Under the pieces are notes generated by a model. The model had not been told where the DNA came from and did no database searches. It saw only the letters and a program-made list of their open reading frames with translations. A stretch of DNA of 62,481 nt, filler included, from Anaerolineae bacterium (GTDB lineage: Bacteria; Chloroflexota; Anaerolineae; Epilineales; Epilineaceae), in assembly GCA_029262755.1 (NCBI GenBank). It is 6 parts of 6 records of this genome, joined end to end, with 100 filler letters (N's around TTAATTAATTAA, not from the genome) between each part and the next. Parts side by side here need not be neighbours in the genome. Positions count along the whole stretch, not along the records: positions 51,641 to 59,339 come from JAJCYU010000091.1; positions 59,440 to 62,481 come from JAJCYU010000093.1; 4 more parts are not named here. One strand, written 5' to 3'. Both the position numbers and the translations under genes were made by a program. Shown piece by piece: positions 51,641-62,481 of this stretch. Each line of letters begins with the position of its first letter. Within the stretch, counting starts at the first letter, position 1.

Positions 51641-54638
51641 CCTCGATCTGGAGACGGTGGTCACCAACAACGTGCATTACGCCACGCCGGAGGGTTTCCG
51701 GCTGCAGCACGTCCTGGCCTGCATTCGCCGCCGCGAGAGCCTGGACGAGGCGGCGGCCCGCGGCGGGCTCTACGCCACGGCCCATCGCTACCTCAAGTCC
51801 GGCGCCCAGATGCGCGCCCTCTTCCCCGATCGTCCGGAGGCCGTCACCCGCAGTCTGCACATCGCCGAGCGCTGCGTCTTCGACCTCGACCTGCGCTATG
51901 CGCGCCTGCCCGCCTTTCCCGTACGCGAGGGCGAGACGGCCTTCGAGCGCCTGCTCGCGCTGTGCAACGCGGGGCTGCGGCGCAAGTTTCGCCCCGTCAC
52001 GCCCGCGGCGGCCGAGCAGCTGGCGCGCGAGCTGGGCATCATCGAGCGCCGCGGCCTGGCCGAGTACTTCCTCGTCGTGCACGACATCGTGGCCTTCGCG
52101 CGCGAGCAGGGCATCCCCTGTCAGGGGCGCGGCTCGGCGGCGGGCAGCGTCGTGGCCTACGTGCTGGACATCACGCCGGTCGATCCGCTGGCCCACGGGC
52201 TGCTCTTCGAGCGCTTCCTGTCCGAAGGCAGCCACGCCACGCCCGACATCGACGTCGACTTCGCCGCCGACCGGCGCGAAGAGGTGCTCCAATACGTCTA
52301 CCGCCGCTGGGGCAGCGAGCGCACCGCGATGGTGGCCAACGTCGTGACCTTCCGCGCCCGTTCGGCGGTCAACGATGTGGGCAAGGCCCTCGGGTTCCCC
52401 TCCGACCTGCTGCGCGAGATGCGCCGCCACCTCCACACCCGCGCCGCGGCCGACGTGGCCATCGACCTGGCCGAGGTTGAGCCCTTCGCCGACAAGCTGG
52501 CCCAGCTCCCCTGGCGGCAGCTGGTCGATCTGTGCACCGCCATCGACGGCTTCCCGCGCCACCTGTCCATCCATTCCGGCGGCATGATCGTCACCCGCGA
52601 GCCGCTGTGCGAGCTGGTCCCCCTGGAGCCGGCCACGATGCCCGGCCGGGTCGTCGTGCAGTGGGACAAGGACGATGTGGAGGATGCCGGGCTGATCAAG
52701 ATCGACCTGCTGTCGCTGCGCACCCTCGGGCTTGTGGGCGAGTGCTTCGACGCGATCCGGGAGGAGGGCGGCCCGGACCTGGCCTTCGACACCGTGCCCG
52801 AAGACGACGAGGACACGTGGGAGATGATCCGCGCAGCCGACACGATCGGCTGCTTCCAGATCGAGAGCCGCGCCCAGCTGGCCCTCCAGCCGCGCCTGCG
52901 CGCCAGCGAGATGGCCGACCTGGTCATCGCGGTGTCGCTGATCCGGCCGGGGCCCATCGAGGGCGGCATGGCCAAGGCCTACCTGCGCCGCCGCTTCGGC
53001 GAGGAACCGGTCAGCTACTGGCACCCGTTGCTCGAACCGGTGCTGGAGGAGACCCTCGGCATCCTGGTCTACCAGGAACAGGTGCTGCGGGTGTCCATGG
53101 TGCTGGCCGGCTTCGACGGCGCGCAGGCCGACGGCTTGCGCCGCTCGATGAGCCGCAAACGCGGCCGTGAGGAGATGGAGCGCTGGCGGGCCGACTTCGT
53201 GATCGGCGCCGCCGCGCGGGGCGTCAGCGAGGACGTCGCCCACCATGTCTTCGACAACCTGCGCGGCTTCGCCTCCTACGGGTTCTGCAAAAGCCACGCG
53301 GCCGCATTCGCCCGGCTGACCTGGGTGACCGCCTGGCAGAAGCGCAACTACCCACTGCCCTTCTACCGCGCCATGCTCAACGCCCAGCCGATGGGCTTCT
53401 ACACTGTCGAGGCCGTGGTCGAGGACGCCCGCCGCCACGGCATCGAGCTGCGCCCCGCCCACGTCAACCGCTCGGAGGCGCGCTGGACCATCGAGGACGG
53501 CCGCGCCCTGCGCGTGCCCCTCGCGCGCCTCAAGGGCCTGTCCGAGGAGGCCGCCGAGCCGATCGTCGCCGCGCGCGTAGCAGACGGCCCCTTCCGCTCG
53601 CTGTGGGACTTCGTCCAACGCGCCCGTCCGCCGCGCCGCCTCGCCGAGCGCCTGGTGCGCGCCGGCGCGTTGGACGGGCTGACCACGGGGGTCGAGGCAG
53701 GCACCTCCGGACGCCGCACGACCGCAGCGACCACCGCGACCGGCACGCGCGAGCGACCGGGCGGCGCAGGCCGCGCGGCCCGCCGCGGCCACCGGCCGGC
53801 CGCCCCGCGCCACGTACCCCGACGGGACCCACGCTCGAATCGCGCAGTCGCCGAGCGCGGCGGACGTGGGGGGAGCCCGGACCACGAGGAGCGCGTAGCG
53901 CCGTCCACGCATGGCGCACGTCCCGCGGCCGAGCACCACGCGGCTGGGCATCCCGGCGCCGACCGGCCCGATCACCCGCTCGATCGGGATCGCCGCACCG
54001 AGCCGAGCGGTACCGCGGGCGGGCCGGACCGCAGGCAGCTGTTGTGGGCGCTGGGGGCGATGCGCTGGCAGGAGGGTGAGCTCGTGCTGCGGCCCATCGT
54101 GCTGCACGCGCCGCTGCCGGCCATGGACGATGCCGAGACCGTGCTGGCCGACTACGGGCTGCTCGGCGTGGCCCAAGGGCAACATGTGCTCGCGCTGCTG
54201 CGTCCCGGATTGGCCGGCGAGGGCGCCACGACCTGCGAGGATGTCGCGGCCCTGCCCCACGATTGTCCGGTGCGCGTGGCCGGGCGGCTGGAGGTCCTGC
54301 AACGGCCGCAGACTGCCAAGGGCATCGTCTTCGCCACGTTGGAGGACGAGACGGGCATGGCCAACCTGGTGTGCTATCCCGACATCTTCGAGCAGTTCCG
54401 CCAGGTCGTCCGTGACCACGCGGTCCTGATCGCGGACGGACGCATCCAGCAGGAACACGGCGTCACGCACGTCATCGTGCGCCGCCTGCGCGGCGTACGC
54501 CTCGAGACCGAGGCCACCGGAGATGCCTCGAGCGGCACGGCGGGCGTCGGGCCCAAATGGGGCACACCGAGCGGCCCCGGCGCCGCGTCGGGCAACCAAC
54601 GCGGCGCGGTGGGCGACCCAGGCAAGGAGTTCGAGTGA
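51641..54638 (+). CDS. dnaE2: Error-prone DNA polymerase DnaE2, N-terminally truncated
   Basis: QGRGSAAGS, PDIDVDF, FPRHLSIHSGG, VVQWDKDD, GCFQIESRAQ, YGFCKSHAAAF, LNAQPMGFY and QRPQTAKG.VF.TLEDETG. Confidence 0.95.
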
Positions 54639-54897
54639 CGCGCCAAGGAGACCCTGCCGAGCGCGCCGACGCCTACGCGTACGAACCCAAACGCGCGCAG
54701 CAAGAAACGCCAATGTAGGAGAACAAGCCGGACCAATTGGGCGCGTCCAACCATCACCGAACCAAGTCGGGTACCACTGCATCCGCACCAGCATCTGAAC
54801 AGACTCCTGGAGCGCCACTTCGGCACCGTTGTACGATCATCTTATGGTTGGACGCGAGTCTAGAATGCGTTATCAAGCGCAAACAGGAGAGACGAAC

Positions 54898-55203
54898 ATG
54901 GCAGCCGACCCCGAATACCGAGACTATGTCCTTGAGCAGATGGCCCAGATCGACGGCGTCAGCAGCAAGTCGATGTTCGGCGGCTTCGGCCTATATCAGG
55001 CCGGGAAGATGTTCGCCATGATCACAAGCGACGACGAGCTGCACCTCAAGGTCGATGATCACAACCGCGACCGCTTCGTCGCCGCCGGCTGTACGCAGTT
55101 TCGGACGATGCCCTACTACAGCGTACCGCCCGAGGTGCTCGAAGACCCCGAAGCGCTGGCCGAATGGTCACAGCCATCCCTCGAAGCCGCCCACCGCGGT
55201 TGA
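54898..55203 (+). CDS. TfoX/Sxy N-terminal domain protein
   Basis: KSMFGGFGLY...MFA...LKVD...MPYYSVP.EVLED...W; AGGAG SD. Confidence 0.9.
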   Translation: MAADPEYRDYVLEQMAQIDGVSSKSMFGGFGLYQAGKMFAMITSDDELHLKVDDHNRDRFVAAGCTQFRTMPYYSVPPEVLEDPEALAEWSQPSLEAAHRG

Positions 55204-55330
55204 GATGCACAGCGCGGCCACATCGCGCATCGCGCTTCCCAAGCCGCATCGCGTAGCGGCCGACCAGAAACGACCTGCACCCGCAACCGGAACCACCCAT
55301 GGGCCGGACACCCAAACGGAGGAGCGCCCC

Positions 55331-55846
55331 GTGTTCACGACCGAACAAGCCGCCGATCGCCTCGTCGCCAACGCCGAGGCCGTGCGCGCGCTGGCCGCAC
55401 ACGTATCGCCGGAGCAGGCAACGTGGCGGCCGAGCGAAGACGCATGGACCATGCGCGAGACGCTGGCCCATCTGGCCGACGAGGAACGCGAGGATTTCCG
55501 CGTTCGCCTCATACACACGTTGGAACGCCCGGGCGAACCGTGGCCGCCGATCGACCCGGCCGGATGGGTGAACGAGCGCGCGTACAACGCAAAACCGCTC
55601 GACGACTCGCTGGCGAAGTTCCTCGCCGAACGGGCCCAGAGCGTAGCCTGGATACGGACGCTGGACGCACCCGACCTGGATACGGCCTACGCGCACCCAC
55701 AATGGGGACCGGTGCCCGCCGGCGACCTCCTCTCCGCGTGGCTCGCCCACGACCAACTCCACCTCCGCCAGCTGAGCGAACTGCACTACGCCTGGACCGG
55801 CCACATCAGCGCCCCCTACGGGACGCGCTACGCCGGGCCCTGGTAG
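55331..55846 (+). CDS. DinB-superfamily protein
   Basis: W...ETLAHL.DEE.EDF..R and W.AHD.LHL.Q (His triad); GGAGG SD. Confidence 0.88.
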   Translation: MFTTEQAADRLVANAEAVRALAAHVSPEQATWRPSEDAWTMRETLAHLADEEREDFRVRLIHTLERPGEPWPPIDPAGWVNERAYNAKPLDDSLAKFLAERAQSVAWIRTLDAPDLDTAYAHPQWGPVPAGDLLSAWLAHDQLHLRQLSELHYAWTGHISAPYGTRYAGPW

Positions 55847-55943
55847 ACCGGCTGGAGCGGGCACCGACGGCGGCTCAGCGACGGCGGACCACCGACGGCG
55901 GGCACCGACGGCCGCGGTAGGGCTGCGGCCACGCCCTGACTGC

Positions 55944-57068
55944 TCAAGGCGCCCCCGACGGACCCCGCGACGTTCGCGCGGCGGATTCCTGCTTTTCGAC
56001 AACAGGCAGATCCGACCACCGGGCGAACTCAGCGATCGTTGCCGTACGCAGTCCGCGTTCCGCCAACAGGGCAAGCACACCGGGCAGGGCTGCGCGGTCG
56101 GCCGCGGCCGAACAGTGCATGAGCACGATCTCGCCCGGCGCTGCGTGCTCCGCCACGATGGCCTCGACCTGTGCCGGAGTACGATCGGCACGCCACCCGC
56201 GCGGATCGATCGTCCAGTGCACGCTCTGGTAGCCCGCCGCCGCCACGAGCCCCAGCGTCCGCACGTCGCGCTCGCCGTACGGAAAGCGAAAGAACCGCAC
56301 CAGAGGCGGCACGATGCGCGCAGCGCGCTGCGCCGCGGTCCGGTACGTCTCGAACGCGGCCAGATCGTCCTCAATCTGCGTATCGCTCAGGGCAGGAAAC
56401 CCGTCGTGGCGGCTACCGTGGCTGGCCAACTGGTGGCCCGCGGTCACGACCCGATTCGCCGCCTCCGGCCACCACTCGGCCATGCGCGCCAGCAGAAAGA
56501 AGGTTGCGCGCGCATCGTAGGCGGCCAGCATGTCGAGCACCGCATGCAGATCTTCGCCCGTTCCTTCGCAGTCGAAGGTCAACGCGATCGCACCCGTACT
56601 CTCGTCTCCCCGCAAGATCTCCCGCGACGCAACGAAGGACACCACCGCAGGATCATGGGGCGGCGGCAGGCCCGCCGTCCGATCGGGCAGACGACCCCAG
56701 AGCGCGGCGCCCGCGTTGCGCGCGTCGGCACCGAAGGCAGCACGCATGCCGGCGTGCGCTTGCACCATCTCGGCCCATGGAACGCCACGCGAACTGCGCT
56801 GCCGATTCGTCGGATCCACCTGCCGAGCAGCCGGTGAGACAGCCACGTTGCCGCCAAGCGCCCTTCCGTCGCGCACGGCAAGAAGGAGCATCGCGGCGGA
56901 GACAAGGACACCTGTGGATGCGGCGAGCGCGAAGCGCCGTCTACGCTGCCGGCCGCGAAGTGCGCGACGGGCACGGTGGCCCGCGCGGCGTGGCTCCCAG
57001 CCGCTGCCTGCAAGCCAAGGTGCATACCACGGGGACTGTTCCAACTGAATCGCGCCGTCTGACATCAC
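55944..57068 (-). CDS. Membrane-anchored polysaccharide deacetylase (NodB/CE4)
   Basis: IALTFD, ATFF, SHGSRH, FRFPYG, WTIDP and IVLMH. Confidence 0.88.
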   Translation of the reverse strand: MMSDGAIQLEQSPWYAPWLAGSGWEPRRAGHRARRALRGRQRRRRFALAASTGVLVSAAMLLLAVRDGRALGGNVAVSPAARQVDPTNRQRSSRGVPWAEMVQAHAGMRAAFGADARNAGAALWGRLPDRTAGLPPPHDPAVVSFVASREILRGDESTGAIALTFDCEGTGEDLHAVLDMLAAYDARATFFLLARMAEWWPEAANRVVTAGHQLASHGSRHDGFPALSDTQIEDDLAAFETYRTAAQRAARIVPPLVRFFRFPYGERDVRTLGLVAAAGYQSVHWTIDPRGWRADRTPAQVEAIVAEHAAPGEIVLMHCSAAADRAALPGVLALLAERGLRTATIAEFARWSDLPVVEKQESAARTSRGPSGAP

Positions 57069-57261
57069 CGCACACCTCCAAGACTCCTGCCACCGTGCGG
57101 GGGGAGGTGCACGGGGGAGCCGTGGATGTCAGGCTAGGCGGTGATGGAGAGCGGAAAAGGCCGAACGCCCTTCAGGTGCCGTACGACTTGCGACCGTTCC
57201 CGATCCGCAATCCTGTCGGCAACGGCCGCGGCGACGGCGCACGCAACGCGCGCCGCGGATG

Positions 57262-57765
57262 CTACGGACGTGCTGCCAAGGTCTGCTCAATCTGCGTGAC
57301 GTGAACGTCGCCGTGTTGGGCGTAGTAGGACAGCAAGCTATCGAGCGAGACCTCGCCCAGCTCACCGTGGCGAGCCGCCCGCGACCATGCGTCTTCCGGC
57401 AGGGATTCCAACAGCGCATGCCATCGTGCGTGAACCGCACGAATCAGCGAGAGGGACCAGTCGATGGGCGCCTCCGAAGCATCAGGCGTGGCCGCCCACG
57501 CGTCTTGATCGTAGGGTTCAAGGTGGGGGCGGTCGGCGCAGACGGTCATCTTCATGCGGCTGAACGCGTTCAGGTGCGCGTCGGCGACGTGGTGGATGTT
57601 TTGGGCTACCGTCCACTCTCCAGCCTGCCAGGCCGTATGGAGCCCCTTGGCGTCGAGGCCCCGAACGGAGGCCTCGAGGCGCGTCGGAGCACCACGGAGT
57701 TGCTCCAGCAGGGTGGCGCGCTCTGCAGCGGGCAAGCGGTCTTCGTTGCTGTCGGACTCCTGCAT
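57262..57765 (-). CDS. YfiT/BstA-like DinB-family thiol S-transferase
   Basis: WTVAQNIHHVADAHLNAFSRMK, PYDQDAWA, VHARW and HG..H. Confidence 0.88.
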   Translation of the reverse strand: MQESDSNEDRLPAAERATLLEQLRGAPTRLEASVRGLDAKGLHTAWQAGEWTVAQNIHHVADAHLNAFSRMKMTVCADRPHLEPYDQDAWAATPDASEAPIDWSLSLIRAVHARWHALLESLPEDAWSRAARHGELGEVSLDSLLSYYAQHGDVHVTQIEQTLAARP

Positions 57766-58109
57766 ACATGACCCTCCTAGGCGAGGCGGCCATACCCCTG
57801 AGTTTGGAACGAGACCGCCGAACGTTGGCCAAGCGTAGCAACGAGCGTCGTCCGGTCCCCAATAATTGTTGCGCTTGCCATGAAGCACCCTAGCCAAACG
57901 GCACGCCGCGTGGTGGAGCAACCTCTGCCTAGGCTCCGTAACGGCGCGCGGCCCGTCGCGGACCATGGTCGTGCCTAGCGGACCCAAAGCAATGCCGAAC
58001 CAACCGCCTTCGCATGGCGTGCCATTACTCGGCGTGCCGCCGCAAAATCCGTACGGTGCGTATGGCGATGAGGCGCTCATGGCCTTTGTGCACCCCTGAG
58101 GAGTTCACT

Positions 58110-59339
58110 GTGGATGGCAAAGACAACCCGGCCGAAGGATCGGACTCTCCACCGGTGAGGGAGCCACAGATCACCGTCTATGGCGCGTACTGGTGCCCGG
58201 ACTGTCACCGCAGCAAACAGTTTCTTGGCGAGTTTCAGATCCCCTATCACTGGGTAGACATCGAGCAAGACCCCGAAGCCGAAGCCAAAGTAATCGAGAT
58301 CAACGACGGCAAGCGCTCGATCCCGACGATCGTGTTCGGGGACGGCAGCACGCTCACCGAGCCGAGCAACGCGGAGCTGGCCGCCAAGTTGGGTTTGAAG
58401 ACCCGCGCAGAACGCCACCACTACGATCTGATCATCGTGGGCGGTGGGCCAGCCGGCCTGAGCGCGGCGCTCTATACGGCGCGCGAGGGCATCGACACCC
58501 TCGTCATCGAGCGCGCCGCGATCGGCGGTCAGGCGGCGGCGACCCAGCACCTGGACAACGTGCCCGGCTTCCCGGACGGGCTCTCGGGACACGAGTTGGC
58601 CGACAGGCTACAACGACAGGTCGAGCGCTTCGAGGTCGAGCTCCTGCGGGCACAGGACGTCCACCACATCGGGAGCCACGACAACTACCTCACCGTCGAG
58701 ACCACCGACGGCAGCACGTACAGCGCACGGGCATTGCTGCTTGCGACGGGCAGCCGCTATCGGCGGCTCGGGGTACCGGGCGAGAACGACTATCTCGGCG
58801 CGGGCGTCCACTACTGCGCGACCTGCGACGGACCATTTTACAAGGGCCGAGACGTGGTTGTGATCGGAGGCGGGAACAGCGCCACGGAGGAGGGCTTGTT
58901 CCTCACCCGCTTCGCGGACTCCGTCACGCTGCTCGTGCGCGGCGAGGCGCTGAAAGCCACCCAGATCCTGGTCGACAATCTGGCTTCCAGCCCCGAGGTC
59001 GACTTACGATTCGGGACGGAGGTCACGCGCTTCAGCGGGGCGGACAGCAAGCTGAGCACGGTTCATGTGCGTGATCGGGCAACGGGCCAGGAATCGAGCA
59101 TCGACGTGCCCGGCGCGTTCGTCTTCATCGGCCTGGATCCCAACACGACCTTTCTGCGCGATAGCGCCGTCCGGCTCGACGAGACAGGCTTTGTGATCAC
59201 AGGACACGATCTGGTGCACGACGGTGATCGCCCCCACGGGTTCACGGACCGCGATCCGGCGACCTTGGAGACGAGCGTCCCCGGCATCTTCGCGGCCGGT
59301 GACCTGCGGGCCGGCAGCACGAAGCAGGTCGCGACGGCC
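58110..59339 (+). CDS. Glutaredoxin/NrdH-like domain fused to thioredoxin reductase, truncated at the contig end
   Basis: YGAYWCPDC...GKRSIPT...LTEPSN, then GGGPAGLSAA, HYCATCDG, IGGGNSA and GIFAAGD. Confidence 0.92.
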
Positions 59340-59439
59340 NNNNNNNNNNNNNNNNNNNNNNNNNNNNNNNNNNNNNNNNNNNNTTAATTAATTAANNNNN
59401 NNNNNNNNNNNNNNNNNNNNNNNNNNNNNNNNNNNNNNN
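59340..59439. other. Artificial contig spacer
   Basis: N-run containing TTAATTAATTAA. Confidence 0.99.
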
Positions 59440-60492
59440 GCACAGCGCCGTTTTCAGCCGATCGGCGAGCAAGGCCAAGCGCGCATCGCGGCAGCACGCG
59501 TGCTCGTAGTCGGAGTAGGTGCAACGGGCGGAATGGTCGCCGACCTCCTTGCACGCGCGGGCGTCGCGTCCTTGACTCTCGTCGATCGCGACTTCCCCGA
59601 GTGGTCCAACCTGCAGCGTCAGACGCTGCTCGATGCGGATGACGTGCGCGCCGGCCGCCCGAAGGCCGTGGCGGCGGCCCGCCGCATTGCCGACATCGAC
59701 CCCGACGTGGATGTCCAGGCGAAGGTCACCGATCTTCACGCGGGCAACGTGCTCTCGCTCGCACGGGGCCACGATCTCATCGTCGACGGCACAGACAACT
59801 TCGCAACCCGCTTTGTCGTCAACGACGCGGCGATCGAGCTCGGCCTGCCTTGGGTCTATGCCGGTGTCATCGGGGCGTCGGGTGTGGTGCTTCCGATTCC
59901 GGCCGGCGGACGACCTTGCCTTCGTTGTCTCTATCCCGAACCACCGGGAGCAGGCAGCGTTGAGACCTGTGACACGGTCGGAGTTCTCGGCCCGGCGGTC
60001 GCCGTCATCGCAGGAAGAGCGGCGCTCGCCGCGTTGCGCTTCCTCGTGGGCGATCCGCCCGATCCGCGCATGACGTGGCTCGACCTTTGGCAGGAAGAGA
60101 GCCGGGCGCTCGAGGTGCCCGCCGACCCGCTCTGCGCTTCGTGCGGCGTGCACACCTTGCCCGCCTTGCGCGGCGAGCCCGGTGGTGGCGATGCCGTCGC
60201 GGCCGCGCTGTGGGGCCGCGACGCCGTGCACGTCCGCCCGGCGCCCGTGCGCTTGGATCCGATCGCGCTTGCCGGTCGGCTCGGTGGGCTGGAGGAGGTC
60301 GAGCTCCTTCTCGCCAACGAGCACCTCCTGCGGGTACGGGTTCCGATGGGCGGCGAAGCGGCCGCCGAATCCACGCCCGGCCCAGGTCCGACGCTCACGA
60401 TGACGGTATTCGCGGACGGCCGCGCGATCGTGCAGGGGACGGAGGATCCAGCGCGAGCGCGCGCCGTCTATGCGCGCTGGCTCGGTGGCTGA
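59440..60492 (+). CDS. ThiF/MoeB family adenylyltransferase, N-terminally truncated
   Basis: IGEQGQARI, VGVGATG, VDRD...SNLQRQ, DGTDN, PCLRC, ETCDTVG, CASC and VFADGRAIV. Confidence 0.92.
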   Translation, partial: AQRRFQPIGEQGQARIAAARVLVVGVGATGGMVADLLARAGVASLTLVDRDFPEWSNLQRQTLLDADDVRAGRPKAVAAARRIADIDPDVDVQAKVTDLHAGNVLSLARGHDLIVDGTDNFATRFVVNDAAIELGLPWVYAGVIGASGVVLPIPAGGRPCLRCLYPEPPGAGSVETCDTVGVLGPAVAVIAGRAALAALRFLVGDPPDPRMTWLDLWQEESRALEVPADPLCASCGVHTLPALRGEPGGGDAVAAALWGRDAVHVRPAPVRLDPIALAGRLGGLEEVELLLANEHLLRVRVPMGGEAAAESTPGPGPTLTMTVFADGRAIVQGTEDPARARAVYARWLGG

Positions 60493-60603
60493 GGTTCGCG
60501 CAGACGACGGTAGAGGCGACGACGAAGGCGATGACCCGAGGGCGATTGTGTGCGCAGGTCGCGGATCGCAACGGGTCGGACTCGGTCGCCGTGCAGTTGC
60601 GGG

Positions 60604-62427
60604 CTATTCCTGCGGTGCCTCCGGACGCTTCTCGGTCCCGTCGGCGCTGTCATCGCCTTTCAGCGCGGAAGCTGCCGCAACCGCACCAATACCGGCCGCG
60701 AGCAACAGCGCCGCAAAGAGCAGCCGCGGAAAGGTGCTGCCCTCCGGCGCGCCATCCGAAGGACTGCCTTGTGCGTCGGAGCCGGAGGAATCAGCCCCTG
60801 GCTCACGGGTTGGCGCACCCGGCCCGGAATCTTCATCCCCAACGACCGCATCTTCGGCGGCCGCGGCCACGGCCGTCGCATCCGGGGTCGGTGGCACCGG
60901 CGGAACGGTGGGCAATGGGGTCGGTGTCGCCGCCAACAGCACTTCGCCGGCGATCGAGGGCAGCACGGGCAAGGGATTGCCGGCGCGGTCACGAATGTCC
61001 AACACATCGACGCGAACCGGAATACCGCCTTGCGCGGCCAGCGAAGCCCCGTAGGTTTCGAGCGCGTTCTTGAAACTACGGCTAAAGAGCGCGGCCGCGA
61101 CCACGACCTCGTCGTTGGCCGCGCCTTCCTGACTCGCGACCATTAGCGCGCCTTCGAGCGCATCGGCGAGCCCCGTGGCCTGGCCGTAGCGATCGAGCTC
61201 TTCGTATAGGCTGCCGGGAACGCCGCGGCCGTCGAAATAGGCCGCATGGGCGCTTGCCAGGAGCGCCGCGGCCTGCGGCAGATCACCGAGACGGGTATGC
61301 TCCACGGCACCGTCGATCGCCGCATCGAACACGGCCAATTCGTCAGCCGGCAGCAGCTCGCGCGGGTCGATGGCGTCCGGCAAGACCGTGAAGCGCAGCG
61401 AAGCGAGAATTACGTCGCCGCTGGGCCCTAGCGGTGCTTGCGGGAGCTCGAGCAACACCCGCCCCGCCGTGTCGTCTCGCTGGTGCTGGCCGGCGTCCAA
61501 CTCCCATCGAATATCTTGTAGGCGTAGGGCGCGTGGACTCCACGCTACGTTCAATCGCAGCGCGCCCAGCCCGATCTGCGGTACGTCCTCGGCCACGATC
61601 GGCAGCTCGATTTCCTCCCCAACGGCGCCCACCACCTGATAGCCACGCAAGCGCGTAGGCCCGCTAGCCGGCGGAACGGAGGTCGGCGGCGGCTCGGCAC
61701 CGCTGGCCACGAGCAATACCTGCAACGCACGATCGAAGGATCTGCCTGCGGCGAGCCCTTGGTCGACCGATTGGTCGAGCGCCGCGGCACGCAGACGAAG
61801 CGCGAACAAGCCGGCCTGCTCCACGGCCCGCGGCGCTGCCGGACTCAAGGCAGCGATGGCGGGGCCGCCGCGCTCGATGCCGTCGATCAGCGCGATGGCC
61901 TCGTTGCGCGCGTCCCGCCATCGCCCGGCTTGCAGCAACGCGACGGCGCGCTCCCGCCGTGCCTGCCAATCACGTAAGGCCGTGGCCTGCGGGGATACCG
62001 CGCTCTCGGCCGGTTCCACGGGCGCGAGATCGTCCAGCGCGTCGCGAATCTGGGCCACGACGACCTGCACGCCGATCGCGTCCGTGCCGTCGAGCGCAAG
62101 CTCCAGGGGGGCAAGGGCCGCTTCGACCGCCTGGAGCGCCGGACCCGCACCGCCGGCCGTCGCTTCGATCATGGGGCCTTGATGGACGTCGAGGGCGTCC
62201 AACGCACGGTTATAGGCTGCATCGACGGCCTGCCAGCCCGCGTCGTCGCTGGCCGAGCGCGCTGCTTGGGCGACGGCATCGAAGGCCGCCACAAGCACAC
62301 CAACCCGCTCGGCGATGGGTGGCCCCGGATCGGGCGGCGGCTCATCTTGGGCGAAGGCGAGGCCGGCGCCCGCGAGCGCGAGGAACAAGCCGAAGAACGC
62401 AGCCCGGAACAGACGGCGCGTATTCAC
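60604..62427 (-). CDS. Cell-surface protein with signal peptide, helical domains, a cohesin-like segment and a C-terminal TM anchor
   Basis: Signal peptide ending AFA-Q, VGEEIELPIVAEDVPQIGLGA...LASLRFTV, PT-rich linker and a hydrophobic C-terminal helix. Confidence 0.7.
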   Translation of the reverse strand: MNTRRLFRAAFFGLFLALAGAGLAFAQDEPPPDPGPPIAERVGVLVAAFDAVAQAARSASDDAGWQAVDAAYNRALDALDVHQGPMIEATAGGAGPALQAVEAALAPLELALDGTDAIGVQVVVAQIRDALDDLAPVEPAESAVSPQATALRDWQARRERAVALLQAGRWRDARNEAIALIDGIERGGPAIAALSPAAPRAVEQAGLFALRLRAAALDQSVDQGLAAGRSFDRALQVLLVASGAEPPPTSVPPASGPTRLRGYQVVGAVGEEIELPIVAEDVPQIGLGALRLNVAWSPRALRLQDIRWELDAGQHQRDDTAGRVLLELPQAPLGPSGDVILASLRFTVLPDAIDPRELLPADELAVFDAAIDGAVEHTRLGDLPQAAALLASAHAAYFDGRGVPGSLYEELDRYGQATGLADALEGALMVASQEGAANDEVVVAAALFSRSFKNALETYGASLAAQGGIPVRVDVLDIRDRAGNPLPVLPSIAGEVLLAATPTPLPTVPPVPPTPDATAVAAAAEDAVVGDEDSGPGAPTREPGADSSGSDAQGSPSDGAPEGSTFPRLLFAALLLAAGIGAVAAASALKGDDSADGTEKRPEAPQE

Positions 62428-62481
62428 CCCAGAAAGGCGGTGTCCTGCATGGCTCCTCGTGCGAAGCGCTCTTTCCGCGCA

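Noticed and set aside
53682..54023. DnaE2 insertion as an intein
   Set aside because: No splicing-block residues or homing endonuclease motifs; the sequence is low complexity.
51585..54818. 1077-aa minus-strand ORF
   Set aside because: Antisense shadow of dnaE2 caused by high-GC codon bias; it has no recognisable motifs.
57140..57190. GGAGAG...GCCGAA...TCAGG, resembling a glycine riboswitch
   Set aside because: The central conserved elements are missing and it is antisense to both flanking genes.
28840..59439. Five identical TTAATTAATTAA motifs flanked by N runs
   Set aside because: Artificial contig linkers with stops in all frames. Adjacency across them, such as recG next to the phage or the phage next to dnaE2, has no biological meaning.

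Overview
This window is not one continuous locus. It holds six contigs of a high-GC bacterial draft genome, joined by artificial 100-nt N...TTAATTAATTAA...N spacers. The organism is most likely Chloroflexota, inferred from secreted proteins carrying 'xLPxxxR'-type tags. Contig 1 (1-28839): comEC, a hybrid receiver/histidine kinase, a class-V PLP enzyme, fabV, a GT4 glycosyltransferase, a double-VWA protein, carAB, DUF4446, a structured intergenic region, an M23 peptidase-bactofilin pair, an HD hydrolase, an AAA/DUF234 ATPase, secreted proteins and partial secA. Contig 2: menaquinone genes menB-menA-menC-X-menE. Contig 3: comF, an EspR-like regulator, yggT/yggS/nusB/fabG/fabD/rpmF/yceD, coaD and recG. 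Contig 4: a tailed-phage DNA packaging and head module. Contig 5: dnaE2, TfoX, two DinB-family genes, a polysaccharide deacetylase and a glutaredoxin-thioredoxin reductase fusion. Contig 6: ThiF/MoeB and a cell-surface protein. The best lead is gene X (31720-32271), which the ORF track splits in two. It is a DCC1/DUF393 thiol-disulfide oxidoreductase with an in-frame TGA exactly at the first Cys of its DxxCxxC motif (YDGT-U-GVC), followed by a SECIS-like hairpin, so it is a probable selenoprotein coupled to menC. Other leads: a bactofilin fused to an E3-binding domain, a ~208-nt rod-like ncRNA candidate and a likely ATC start codon. All family calls come from motif recognition; no database searches were run.
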